Shown: one piece after another, positions 1-13,199 of the stretch
Layout of the letters: every line of letters starts with the position of its first letter
Numbering within the stretch: the first letter of the stretch is position 1
From: Octopus vulgaris
Taxonomy: Eukaryota
DNA: 64,000 bases
Direction: 5' to 3'
Assembly (NCBI GenBank): GCA_951406725.2
Contig: OX597819.1
Span: forward strand, 24,862,001 to 24,926,000
Program-made: the position numbers and the translations under genes
Notes under the pieces: generated by a model
What the model was told of the DNA's origin: nothing
Database searches by the model: none
What the model saw: only the letters and a program-made list of their open reading frames with translations

Positions 1-135
1 CCAGTGTTTGTGTACGACCCCGTAGCTTAGAGGTTCGGCAGAAGACCGATAAGATAAGTATTAGACTTACCAAATGAATACTGGGATCGTTCGAGTAAAC
101 TCTTCAACTGACTGTGAAACAAACGAAAGATAAAG
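1..135 (+). mobile_element. SINE family A, 3' half (cut by window edge)
   Basis: cccgtagcttagaggttcggcagaagaccgataagataagta...gactgtgaaacaaac matches the 3' body and tail of full copies such as 56655-57071. Confidence 0.75.
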
Positions 136-948
136 AAAGCTAGGAATCTGTAATTCTAGGTTGGAGGCCCACTTTAGGCATACTGTCAGTCAGAGCTCGC
201 TGTTACCGAGGTGGCTTGTGTCAGACAGAAGCACAACGCTCTCTACCATATGTTGCACAAGTAGAACAGTATTTATACATGTATAGTATGTTAAATGCTG
301 TCTTACGTGTGGGACACTTAGTACATGGCCGTGTCAATGAATATTTTTCATTTGATCCGAATATAATATAAGCAATTCATAAGTTTTCTCTTATGACAAA
401 TCAGAAATTGCAGACAATTGCTTGATTCAACTTTTTTTTTTCTTCTTCTTCGTCGTTATCGTTATTTTGAATGGGATATCGTAACGAATTCAAAAATACG
501 AGATGCAGACGATAGCTTTCCTTCTATGGTATAACCATAGAAAGTAAACAAACCGACCTTCAAGTTTTTATTGAGCAAAATAAATAAATAAATAAATAAA
601 CAAACAAAAATTAAACGATTTACTTTGGTTATTGAATTCATTTGTCATTTTCCCACGTAAGTTCAGTGTCGTTTGAATTTATTCATAAAACCTATAGTAA
701 TAACTTCCTAAGGTTTCTAGAAGTTTTGAATTAGTATAATCTAACAGTACACGTGAACATTGCATGGTTATTTTGGCTACTGTAAGATATCAATAATTGT
801 GTGTGTGTGGTTGTAAAGCAATGTAATTTTTAATGTTTTCCTCAATAGTTACCATTACTGTAGACAATTTTTTTTTTACCTAAACGAAAAGTATGTGCAA
901 TCTATATCTGTATGTTATATGCACGCGCAGGGGCATATACAATTAAAC

Positions 949-1127
949 GGCGATCCTTCGATATAGGTACCGTCAGTACCGTAAGTGGCTTTGTTTACAT
1001 TTCTGAAGATAACAGAAACCCTTTTCTCCCACCCCTAACCCTAACCGTAACCCTAAACCTAACCCCCCATATATAAAACAAAAACACTTTCTTGAAATGT
1101 ATCCGGTACCTATAACGAAGTTACGCC
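949..1127. mobile_element. Short MITE with ~24-bp TIRs and internal (CCCTAA)-like repeats
   Basis: Left end ggcgatccttcgatataggtaccg; reverse complement of right end ggcgtaacttcgttataggtaccg. Internal ccctaaccctaaccgtaaccctaaacctaa at ~1033-1063. Confidence 0.7.
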
Positions 1128-1384
1128 AAAATTATATCAGTATACCAAATTTGAAAATTTTCACTTAATCTTAAAATTTCAAAGATGGAAGCCAAACAGA
1201 AATGATCTCACGCTGTTTTTTTCCTGCCTCTTAGTGGCATGGAGAAATCTTGATTCCTAAAATTATCTCCCTTGCTCATTTGGGCTTATACCAATAGCCA
1301 ACAAACGCTTGGCCTTACCGTCTCTGGAAGCGGAGATGATTTCAATAAATCGAATACCTATCTTGTATGTTATTTAATTCCGTT

Positions 1385-1570
1385 TTGCTATAGGCACAAG
1401 GCTTGAAACTCTATAGGAGCGGAGGTGGGGGGTTCTATCGATTACATCGATCTCATTGCTTAACTGGTACTTATTTAATCGAGCTTCAAAGGACGAAAGG
1501 CAACATTGACCTCGAAATGTCGTTATGCACTTTATTTAACGTGCCAACAATTCTGTCAGCTCGTAACCCC
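1385..1570 (-). mobile_element. SINE family B, decayed
   Basis: Contains actggtacttatttaatcga...aaaggcaacattgacctcg, the reverse complement of the family B core. Confidence 0.6.
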
Positions 1571-1613
1571 ATCAGTTTTTTTTTTGTTTGTTTTGTTATT
1601 TACTCTACCCTTT

Positions 1614-2005
1614 GTGGAGGCGCAATGGCCCAGTGGTTAGGGCAGCGGACTCGCGGTCATAGGATCGCGGTTTCGATTCCCAGACCGGGCGTTGTGAGTG
1701 TTTATTGAGCGAAAACACCTAAAAAGCTCCACGAGGCTCCGGGCAGGGGATGGTGGTGATCCCTGCTGTACTCTTTCACCACAACTTTCTCTCACTCTTA
1801 CTTCCTGTTTCTGTTGTACCTGTATTTCAAAGGGCCGGCCTTGTCACTCTCTGTGTCACGCTGAATATCCCCGAGAACTACGTTAAGGGTATACATGTCT
1901 GTGGAGTGCTCAGCCACTTACACGTTAATTTCACGAGCAGGCTGTTCCGTTGATTCGGATCAACCGGAACCCTCATCGTCGTAACCGACGGAGTGCTTCC
2001 ACTCC
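1614..2005 (+). mobile_element. tRNA-derived SINE family C, full length
   Basis: A-box tggcccagtggtt and B-box gtttcgattcc; 12-bp TSD actctacccttt at 1602-1613 and 2006-2017; near-identical copies at 25177, 27948 (minus) and 58003. Confidence 0.9.
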
Positions 2006-2129
2006 ACTCTACCCTTTAATATTCAGATACATGCCATTGGCGACTCGGTTCTCTTAGCTTATAACCTTTATATTCTTTACATTTACACACACGCGCACGC
2101 ACGCACGCACGCTATATTCTGTATGTAAT

Positions 2130-2650
<521 letters not shown>

Positions 2651-3936
2651 GTGTCGGCAACGTAAACGCACGCTTAATCTCATCTCTGTTTTCTCTGCTT
2701 ATTATCGATCAGAAATAGGTCAAAGGTGACTCCTAAATTTCTTCTTACTGACGATAGAAATAATATTAGCAAAAGTAGTCAAGACGCTTCCCTTTGAAGT
2801 CTGAAGTATGAAGGACATGGTTGTGGTGGCTGGGTTGGTAGGGGTTAATGTCAGCAGCATGGATGATAAGGGTTGGGGTCTGCATTCGGTAGCGGCAGTG
2901 GTGACGTGTGTCGGACGGACGGACGGACTGTGACGGGGTCGTTGGCGGAGGGAAGAACGGTCGGTTTATAATATTATATACAGGACGTGTTCTTGTAATT
3001 TATCATGTCTGTAAAATTCCGACAGATATGACGGCTTCTCTTGTAGCTTTCGGTCTATAAAGTCAACCAACTGTTGTTGTTGGCTATTACAATTTAACAT
3101 AGTGTGACAGGTGTTGTTGTTGGTGATGATGGTGTTGGTGGGGTTGCCTCTGTTGTTTGCGATTGATATTTATATTATACCACTGGTTAATTTTGTTGGT
3201 TTAATATTGATGTACACGGCTACAGTTGAGTGCGCAAGCTCGCATATAGCTTCGCGCACGCTCACACATTTATAACACATAGACTTATACACATACGCGT
3301 ATGGTATGCAAACAATTGATTTCATATTCATTGAAAAGTTCATACACTTACATATATACAGATTCATAAATAGCCTGTTCGTGATAAATACATGTATATA
3401 GGAAAGAGAAAGTCAGACAGACGGATGGAATGAGACGGGAGAGAGAGCGAGAGCAAAAAAAAAAAGACCGTGGAAGAAAGAGAGAGAGAAAGGCGCGTAA
3501 TTGTATATGGGAAAGGATGAAGAAATAAAGGGAACAATCTCATCTGGTTGTCAATGAATGATGACATATAAGTTTGTGTGATGTGATCAGTGACGACAGA
3601 CGATGTTTAACCCCCAGGTTAGCTCTGATCATTTTGACGTGACCATCCTGTCTTTACATCCTTAGTGCAGAATACCTAAGATCACATTATCCAAGGTTAT
3701 AAGGTTATGGCTCCAGTGTAGTCAGGATTTCGACCGAGAAGGTTAAGGTGGAGGCCAGTTATTAAAATGGATCCACTATTAACCATTTAATTCTATGTGT
3801 GGAGGAGCGTTAGGGTGTTGCTCTCATGATCGTATGATCGTGGTTTCGATTCCTGGGCCAGGCGATGCGTTGCGTTCTTGAGTAAAAAACTTGAGACAGT
3901 CTTTATGAGCCTATGGCTTGGGGAGGACCTTTGATC

Positions 3937-4000
<64 letters not shown>

Positions 4001-4001
<1 letters not shown>

Positions 4002-4386
4002 GCTTGCTTCCCAGCCACATTGTTCTAGGTTCAGTCCCACTGCGTGGCACCTTGGTCGAGTACCTTCTACTATAGCCTCGAGCCGACCAAAGTCTTGTGA
4101 GTGGATTTTGTAGAGGGAAACTGAAAGAAGCTCGTCGTATACACATACACGCACATATATGCATGTGGGTGTATGTGTGTGTCTTTGTCCCCCATTCCCA
4201 CTTGACAGCCGGTGTTGGTGTGTTTACGTCCTCGTAACATAGTGGTTCGGCAAAGAAACCGATGGAATAAGTACTAGGCTTACAAAGATCAAGTTCTGGG
4301 GCGGCGATTTCTTCTTCGACTAAAAAGCTCTTTAAGGCGGTACTCCAGCATGGTCGCAGTCAAATGATTGCAACAACTAAAAGAAT
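4001..4386 (+). mobile_element. SINE family A
   Basis: ttcagtcccactgcgtggcaccttgg...ggaaactgaaagaagc, central microsatellite, tail ggcggtactccagcatggtcgcagtcaaatga. Confidence 0.85.
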
Positions 4387-4450
4387 ATATAATGAACTGC
4401 GGGAAGGTAACCATTCAAATTGTTGTCACTAGCTATGAGGTGCTGGAGTC

Positions 4451-4491
<41 letters not shown>

Positions 4492-4676
4492 GGCAGCAAG
4501 GTCCGATTTGAGGGAGATTTATGTGCTTCTATTTCTGGCGGGTGGATTGACTTACGTACAACCTCCCTCGTTGGCGCTTAGAGTTCTGTGCTCGCATGTC
4601 GTCACACATGAAGACGATGGTGATGACGATAAAGTATTGTATTCTAAACAACACTGGAAATGTTCTCTGCTCTAAA

Positions 4677-4725
<49 letters not shown>

Positions 4726-4957
4726 ATTTCGGTTGCCGAAAGCAGAACTTAATGAGAAAATGATGAGTGGTTTGATTGTTTTACATCGCCTAGATAAAAT
4801 ACTATCACACGAGAAGGAGGAAATCAACGGTGTGTAACTATCATATTCGATTCGTATCTTTTAATGTCTGCGACTTGCAAGGAGTATATATATATATATA
4901 TATATGTGTGTCTATATATATATATATAATTATTTTTATTTTATCGCAATTTGATTT

Positions 4958-5005
<48 letters not shown>

Positions 5006-5195
5006 CAAAAATATACGTGTCTGTCTATGCATGACATTTGTTTCCCTTTCTTCTGCCTCTCCTTTCTCCCCCCCCCGCTTTATCTTTCTGCAGACTATCT
5101 GTCTGTGTGTCTGTCTGTCTGTTTTCCTCTCACAATCTGTATAACCTTTCGCTCATTTGTCCTTCTTCAACTTCTGTTTTTCTTCGCCCTCTCTG

Positions 5196-5230
<35 letters not shown>

Positions 5231-5640
5231 TATCTTCATCACACCTATCTTTCGTCCGCCTATATTTCTCTCTCTCTCTCTCTCTCATTAATGCATTTAA
5301 AACATCGAAGGTAGGGACCCATTATCATTTTAAGCCAACTTGAACGGCCTGCGACTTCCAGCGCCTTAAAGCAAGCAATAGCTAAGCTCCCGTCGAGTAT
5401 TTTACAAAATTTTTTTTTCCATCACATTTCTTCTACTACAGTTTCAATATTTCACTGCATTATAGTCAATAAAATATTGACAAACTGACAAGCGGCACAC
5501 TTAACATTCGCTATGCTCCCGCTCTCCTCAGCCCTCAAACTTGTATTCGGTTCGTTTTCATATCACAAACATGTTTGCAAAATTGCAAATAAATAAATAA
5601 ATATAAAACAAAGAACATCAAGCTGTATATATGTATATAT

Positions 5641-6035
5641 CTCTTTTACTCTTTTACTTGTTTCAGTCATTTGACTGCGGCCATGCTGGAGCACCGCCTT
5701 TAGTCGAGCAAATCGACCCCCAGGACTTATTCTTTGTAAGCCCAGTACTTATTCTATCGGTCTCTTTTGCCGAACCGCTAAGTGACGGGGACGTAAACAC
5801 ACCAGCATCGGCTGTCAAGCAATACTAGGGGAACAAACACAGACACACAAACATATACACACACACTTATATATATATATACATATATACGACGGGCTTC
5901 TTTCAGTTTCCGTCTACCAAATCCACTCACAAGGCATTGGTCGGCCCGGGGCTATAGCAGAAGACACTTGCCCAAGATGCCACGCAGTGGGACTGAACCC
6001 GGAACCATGTGGTTGGTTAGCAAGCTACTTACCAC
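5641..6035 (-). mobile_element. SINE family A (young)
   Basis: Reverse complement of the family A sequence; nearly identical to 18498-18912 and 22531-22954. Confidence 0.9.
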
Positions 6036-6171
6036 GTTGACATTTAACAAACATCATTAATAATATTTACAATATATTAATATTATGAGCTGGCATGCTT
6101 TGCGGCAGTTTATCCATCTTTATATTCTGGGTTCAAATTCCACAGAAGTTGACTCTGCCTTTCATCCTTTG

Positions 6172-6511
6172 GGCGCAGGAGTGGCTGTGTGGCAAGTAGC
6201 TTGCTTACCAACTATATGGTTCCGGGTTCAGTCCCACTACGTGACACCTTAGGCAATTGTCTTTTCCTATAGTTCCATAGCCACGGGCCAACCAAAGCCT
6301 TGTGAGTGGAAATGCCGTCGTGTGTGTGTGTTTCTTTGTGTCTCTGTCCCTCACGACAGCTTCACAACCGGTATTTGTGTGTTTACGTTCCCGTATCTTA
6401 GCGGTTCGACATAAGAGGCCGGTGGTGTAAGATTCTGTCTAAAAAATTAAGTGCTATGGTCGATTCGTTTGGTTAAAATTCTTCCAGGCGGTGCCCCAAT
6501 ACGGCTGCAGT
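6172..6511 (+). mobile_element. SINE family A (older), head-to-head with the 5641-6035 copy
   Basis: Head ggcgcaggagtggctgtgtggcaagtagcttgc; tail ggcggtgccccaatacggctgcag. Confidence 0.8.
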
Positions 6512-7692
6512 TTATTGATTGATAGATATGAAAATCTGATGCTTTGGTCACGACTAGAAGGCCTTTGATCATAGATATGTTTGAGCTTTAAATAATCGTT
6601 AACATATTTTCCCAAAATATATAGTATCAGAAACAGAAAACAATGATTCACAACGATAACACTTGCAATGGATTTAATCTCAAGATCCATTCACTGTTGC
6701 CTAATATCACATATTAATAGCTTTAACTTGTTTTTAATAACTCATGAGAATGGCGCCTCTGAGTAATTTGTGATTAAGCATAAAGAAGACTATGTTTTGC
6801 TGAGAAGGCCTCATAAGACCAAAGCAAGTCTGGGTTGTCGTCCTTACTTACCAAGATCAGATTAAATAAATATTAGTCATTGTGTTAATGTGTTATTTTC
6901 TTCATCGTATACGTAATTTTAATATTTGTTTTCGCCATACTACATTAACTTAGTTTGCATTGCGTCCTCAACGCCTGCTGGAATCGAAGAAACGCAATCA
7001 TGGTACATACAGAGTGTCTTGGGCATTTTATATCTGCCGAAGCACTTGTCATTCCAGGTCTGACTATAGCCGCTTTCGTTCGGAGAGAGAGAGAGAGAGA
7101 GAGAGAAAAGACTGATCTTTTCGAATTTTGGATAGGTACTTTATTTAACGATGATGAAAAAAAGTTGACCTCGGCGGGATATGAGCGCAGAGCATAGAAT
7201 ATCGGAACGAATACCGTAACACATTCTTTGCAATACTCTGCCAAATCGTTGCCTCTTTATTAACTTTTATGGTCATAACAATCATTCATATCCAATCGAC
7301 AGTTTCTCTTCTTTACCAACAAAGGACATTAGTATGTCGGCGAACCATCGTTACTTTATAACTCGCTTTTCTAGCTAGAAAAGTTAGGAAAAGAAAAAAA
7401 GAAGGAAAATACTGATGACATGAAATACGTCATATACTGTTTCTGCTTATTTGTTGGTTTTTTGTTTTTGTTCTCTTAAAACAAAGAAAATTGGCGGGAA
7501 GGTCCAACATAAACATCCACCCAAATGCAAACATAACAGATATGATATTGTTCTTTGAAACCGAGAACAAAATGTACACATGTTCTGTTGTTGAAGTTAA
7601 TTACCTAATTCTGTGCATGGTGCATGGTGTGTGTGTGTGTGTGGTACGCTCTACTGCAAATAGAATTTTCAGTATAGTATAGTGTGTGTATG

Positions 7693-7735
<43 letters not shown>

Positions 7736-8292
7736 TTTGTGTTTATAGTTTTAGTCTTTTCATCCATTGCACTTAACTAATTATTGGCACAGACCATCAC
7801 TCATTTCTTTACATTCTACTGTTTCTCTATGCAAACAAGCCCCTACGTTATTGAATCTTTGCGCTTCTGAAAACCTTGTTGTTGAACTGTATACCGTATG
7901 TAAAACCTGTTTTTCCGTTACTGCTATGTTACATATAAATCAAATGGGAAATGTGATTCACGTTACGAAATACTTATGTGCTAAATTTTTTTTTTCCGAA
8001 ACGTAATCGTGTTATGGTAGTATGTGTTAATTTACACTGAACCGTAAAATACAAGTTCGAAAATTTTTCAAGAGAGGAAAAGAAATCTGATGAAAATTTC
8101 ACTGAAACTTTACTAAATTAATCAACGGGAGGAGGCTTATGCAGATATGCAAAGGTGCTTTCAACGAATCATCATTCAATTCACCAGTTCTGTTGGTCTA
8201 AATTCTAACAAAATAATTTTCAGACCGGATACAGTCAGACACGTATACACACAAATACTGCTTTGCGTACTTCATATCTTTGTGGTTGAAAG

Positions 8293-8356
<64 letters not shown>

Positions 8357-8749
8357 AAGCTGCAGAGTGTCGCATTAGTATATATGTTTGCATGCACAAT
8401 GCGTATAAGTACATCATCTATGTTTGTATATGCATACGCTTACGTGTGCAGTTGTGAATAGACGTATGTGAGTTGTGGGTGATAATGTATTGTCTGCTGG
8501 AAATACCGAAAGGAATAAATAAACGCATAAGCCCCCATCATCCCAACTTAACGGTAGATAGTATCTTTATGGAGAGCTAGCTCTCTGTTCTGTGAATGTG
8601 TGTCTAGTATTGCTGGTAAAGGTATCAGATATCACAGAGCACAGGTCTATTTAGGAAAGCTGATAACCTAAGATGGCTCCGAGATCAGACGAGAGTTAAT
8701 GGCAGATGCAATGAAGATTACATATATGTTGTTACGAGTTTAACGGATG

Positions 8750-8763
8750 GTTGACATATAGAG

Positions 8764-8794
<31 letters not shown>

Positions 8795-9490
8795 GATAGA
8801 TAGATAGATAGACAGACAACTTCGTATATAGATACTAAGAAAGAGAGAGGAAAAGGGTACAAAATGACGTTCGGAGAAAAAGGGTGAGAGGAGAAGAGAA
8901 AAAGAACGAAGGGGAGAAGGAGGGGATAATGGAGAAAGAAAGACAAACATATACTGGGTAGGAGTTTTAAGGTGGTGGAGGCGGTGGAGAAAGAGAAATT
9001 AACCTTTAAAGATGAAAAGAGAAAAAGGAGAAAATAAGACTGAGTGGGAGGGGAAATTGAAGGGGAGGAATATATTAAATAAGAAAGGGTGGGGAGATAA
9101 CAAAATAGAAAGAGGGATAGCAGAAGAAAATAAGGAGGGGGAGAAATTGATATAGATAGATAGATAAAACAGAAAGAGAGGAGGTAGGAGGATATGAAAT
9201 GAGAGTTTAAAAAATGGGGTGGAAGTGGGAGACAGAAATAAAGAAGAATGAAAGGTGGAGGAAGTAAGATCTACTTTGTCAGAGAAATTGACGAAGTGGA
9301 GAAGAAAAGCTTCCCGAGAGAGGGATTAGAGAAAGATAGACACAGATTTAGAGAGAGAGAAAGATAGCTGGGTAGAAGGCAGAGTGTAAACTAGTGAGGG
9401 AGGAAAGAGCGAGAGAAACAGAAAGAAGCTGAGAGAGAAAGAGGGGGTAAAAAAACAAAAATGTGTCGTCTGCTCAATGAAAAAAGAAGC
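8750..9490. repeat. (GATA)n followed by a long purine-rich (GA) low-complexity tract
   Basis: Directly visible strand-asymmetric composition. Confidence 0.8.
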
Positions 9491-10044
9491 GGGAAAATGA
9501 CTGAATGGTGTGGTCGCTTGGTCTAGCAGAAATAGAAGCCAAAATCTCTCATAAATCATAAACAAGTAACTTTAAAATAGAAGGACTCGGTGTATAATAG
9601 ACTCCTGGATGTATAGAAAGATAGAATGGTGAAAACTGAGTTGCCTTTGATCAAAGTTCCGCTTGTTCAAGGCTGACCTACGAATCAACGGCAATAACGA
9701 AGATAGTTACGAACCATCGATGGAGCTTCTACGTAGTTGATCGGTATACTAGAAATAGCAACTAAAATTTCATTAGAATCACATCATATCTTTTAAAATA
9801 TTCAAGGATTGGACACATTCAGTAATAATGTGTTACAGATGGAACGTTTTGGCCGATCCGTTGGCTGGACCAGACCCAACCTGGGGTGAGTTTCTTAAAT
9901 ACACAATTTATAATATATATATATGTATATTTGTGGAACTGCTAAATTATAATTATAGGACTTAATGGAACAGAACATAAGAGCTATTAGGGTTAAAACA
10001 ACACGCTCTCGTATTCATGCACTCAGACATGCATGCATATATAC

Positions 10045-10270
10045 TTTTCTACTCTAGGCACAAGGCCAGACATTTCTGGGGAGGAGCCAATTGATTAGAT
10101 CGACCCCAGTACACAACTGGTACTTAATTTATCGACCCAGTACGCAACTGGTACTTAATTTATCGACCTAGTACGCAACTGGTACTTAATTTATCGATTC
10201 CGAAAGGATGAAAGGCAAAGTCGACCTCGGCGGAATTTGAACTCAGAACGTAAGGGCAGACGAAGCATTT
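10045..10270 (-). mobile_element. SINE family B with internal ~31-bp triplication
   Basis: cgacc(c)cagtac(a/g)caactggtacttaatttat three times at ~10101-10195, then cgaaaggatgaaaggcaaagtcgacctcggcggaatttgaactcagaacg. Confidence 0.85.
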
Positions 10271-10443
10271 CTGCATACATATTATACATGCATACATATA
10301 TTACATGCATACATATATAGATACATTAAATGTATCAGTTTCGAGTTCAGTCCCATTGTGTCTTCTGTTAGAACTCTCGGTCCCTATAAAACCTTGTGAG
10401 TGAATTTAGTTGACGGAAACTGAAAAGAAACCTGCTGTGCGCG

Positions 10444-10488
<45 letters not shown>

Positions 10489-11036
10489 CGATTTGAGTTC
10501 AACACGTACAACATTTTCATCGAAAATCGTAATACTTACATAATTAGATTAATTAAAACATGTAGTAAGCGACTAAAATTTCGTAAAATGGAAAGTAAAT
10601 TTGACGCTTAACTTACGAAATTTCAAATCCAAAACAAGTTGCTCTAACATTTATTGACATTTCCCAGCTAAAATCGTTAAAATAAACGCGAAACAATTGA
10701 CTGAAAATATTTTATATATTTGTTGTACATACCACTAAAAAAGTGATGCAGTACAATTTTTCACACATCAATCAGCAGAGCTTTTGAATAAAACGAACTT
10801 CTCGACTGCAGAGTTGGGTGTGTGAGTAATGTTAGAGTGCAGGGGAAATTTTTTGTAAACCTCCGGAATTTATAATAATTGCGGCTGAGTTCAAAATATT
10901 CCGAGGTCAACTTTATTTTTCATTCTTTCGGGGTCGTTAAAATAAGTGCACTGGCATCGATGTAATCACTTACCCGTCCCCCAAAATTTCAGGCTTTGTG
11001 CCTATAGTAGAAAGAATTATCATTATTATTTAAGGC

Positions 11037-11355
11037 GTGGAGACAAAATGGCCCAGTGGTTAGGGCAGCGGACTCGCGGTCGGAGGATCGCGGTTTCGAT
11101 TCTCAGACCGGGCGTTGTGTGTGTTTATTGAGCGAAAACGCCTAAAGCTCCACAAGGCTCAGGCAGGGGTGGGGGTGGCGTCCCCCGTGGTACTCTTTCG
11201 CCCCAACTTTCTCTCACTCTTTCTTCCTGTTTCTTGAGTAACGCTGCGATGGACTGGCGTCCCGTCCAGCTGGGGAGGGACACATACGCCACAGAAAACG
11301 GGAAACCGGGCCCATGAGCCTGGCTAGGCTTGAAAAGGGCGCATAAATAAAAATA
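11037..11355 (+). mobile_element. SINE with family C head and an alternative (V-domain-like) 3' part
   Basis: Matches family C to ~11232, then gagtaacgctgcgatggactggcgtcccgtccag... TSD attatttaaggc at 11025-11036 and 11356-11367; inserted at the 5' end of a family B copy. Confidence 0.85.
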
Positions 11356-11827
11356 ATTATTTAAGGCAGTAAGCTAGCAGAATCGTTAGCATGCCGGGTG
11401 AAATGCTTAGCGGCATTTCGTTCGCTTTTACTTTCTGAATTTAAAAATTCCGCGGATATCTACTTTGCCTTTCATCCTTTTGGGATCAATAAAATAAGTA
11501 CCAGTTGAACACGTGGGTCGATGTAATCGACTTAACCCTTCCCACGAAATTACAAGCCTTTTGCCAAAATGTGAAACCATTGTTGTTATTATCGAACGCC
11601 TTAGTGGTTTCTTAAGAAAACATTATTTTATTATTTTGGTTTTAGTCATTGATTTGTGGTCATGCTGGGGCATCATTTCAATGCACATTGTCTAGTCCAA
11701 GTCCTCATTTTTTAAATCTTTATTAATAGACAAGCTGGGTTCACCTAACGAGTTACATATCTTTAATGGCGTAAATATCTTATGGTATTTGTATCGGCGA
11801 GTTGGCTGATATCTTATGGTATTTGTA

Positions 11828-12060
11828 AAGGCGGCGAGTTGGCTGAAGCGTTAGCACGCTGAGGGAAATGCTTCGTGGTATTTCGTCTGCGTTACGTTGT
11901 GAGTTCAAATTCCGCCGAGGTCGACTTTGCCTTTCATCCTTTCGGGGTCGATAAATTAAGTACCAGTTACGCACTGGGGTCGATGTAATCGACTTAATAC
12001 CTATATCTGTCCTTGTTTGTCCCCTCTGTGTTTAGCCCCTTGTGGGTAATAAAGAAATAG
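11828..12060 (+). mobile_element. SINE family B, tail type B1
   Basis: Head aaggcggcgagttggctg; core gtcgactttgcctttcatcctttcggggtcgataaattaagtaccag (resembles the Meta/MESC SINE domain, from memory); tail ...ttagccccttgtgggtaataaagaaata; TSD ggtatttgta. Confidence 0.9.
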
Positions 12061-12579
12061 GTATTTGTATCGGTACACACACAAGCACACACACACATTC
12101 GACTGTAGAGTTCTATATAAAATTTCTTTTGCTTCTAATTCAAATAACACAGGGATCACCTGTACTTTTCCTCCTTTAGAGTTGATAGAATAAGTTCGAA
12201 TCATACTAGGGTTTTGGAACTAAAGCATCTGTTTGCCTTTAAATTAAGCATTTGGGAAATTTGCCAGTGAATTTTCTTGACCAGAACTGTCGCAGGATGA
12301 GATAATTCCGGACCATTCTCCACGTGTCAAATTCACTATTGCAAAATCAACGCTCTTTCGGCCCCAGCCAACTAATTTTGTAATGTAGTTATCCTGGGCA
12401 CAGATATACTCAAATATTCCGCCGAGTATAATAACTATGTCATCCCTGGCTAATAAGAATAAAGTACCAGTCAAATACTGTAGTCAATTTAATTGACTGA
12501 TACCGGTATCTCCTATGTTTCTTGGAGCAGAAGAGTGAATTGAAGCCAGATTGTGGATTTGTTTGGTGCTCCGGGTTTA

Positions 12580-12995
12580 TTTTCATGCTTCTGCTTTTCG
12601 GCTTCACTTGAACAGTTGTAAAACATGAACACTAAATGTAGAGGATGTGCAAAGATCGGAAAGAAACGAGGCCGAGCTAGCTCCGATCGATTTAAATGTA
12701 AATGTCAATTTGCATGAACGATTGGTGTTCATAAGAGCTGACAAAAAGAAAAATAACATGGTGTTAGGCATAAATGAAATCAGCTCTATCCATTGTGAAA
12801 GTCTTACTGTTTGAGGTTGAAGAAGTGTCAAGCAAAACCAAACGGAGGAAACAACTGCAACAGAGTGAAAATGGATGCAAAAGAATGATAATGGTATTCG
12901 TGTGCCATTGTTGCGGGCGTCGGTGATCGTGGCCCACAAAGACATCTTGTTTCACGCATAACACTTGGCACGTTATTGGGCTTGTTAAGGTCATT
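12580..12995 (+). mobile_element. Possible very old RTE-type LINE ORF2 3' end
   Basis: Plus-strand frame with stops, ELTKRKITWC*A*...SIVKVLLFEVEEVSSKTKRRKQ, loosely resembles the RTE C-terminal KRKLxWFGH...GxVEGxRxRGR motif. Confidence 0.3.
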
Positions 12996-13199
12996 GTGTC
13001 TCTTCACTCCATATCCTCACAAGCTTCTTTCTTTCAGTTTTCTGGTTGTCACCAACTGCTCAAAGTCACCCTACCATCTCATATTATGTCCAGTTAACTG
13101 AGTCTGTTGATTTCGCGAGTTACTGAGAAACTTTCTCTTTTTTTTTTTTTTTTGCTTGCTTGTCTAAGGATTTCCATGCTACTCTATCTCTACGATGAT

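Noticed and set aside
1106-1127. TIR resembling a loxP half-site (gtaacttcgttatag on the minus strand)
   Set aside because: Partial match only, with no 8-bp spacer and paired half-site; it is a MITE terminus.
1614-1690. tRNA-like sequences here and at other SINE heads
   Set aside because: They have A and B boxes but no complete acceptor stem and continue into SINE bodies, so they are not tRNA genes.
1750-1953. Repeated ORF MVVIPAVLFHHNFLS... (also at 25244, 27994, 58136) resembling a small gene family
   Set aside because: All copies lie inside TSD-flanked family C SINEs.
10101-10195. Three ~31-bp direct repeats, CRISPR-like in size
   Set aside because: No spacers and no cas genes; a local triplication within a SINE in eukaryotic DNA.
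12604-12994. Minus-strand ORFs in unique-looking DNA
   Set aside because: No recognisable protein or splice context; better explained, weakly, as an old LINE remnant on the plus strand.
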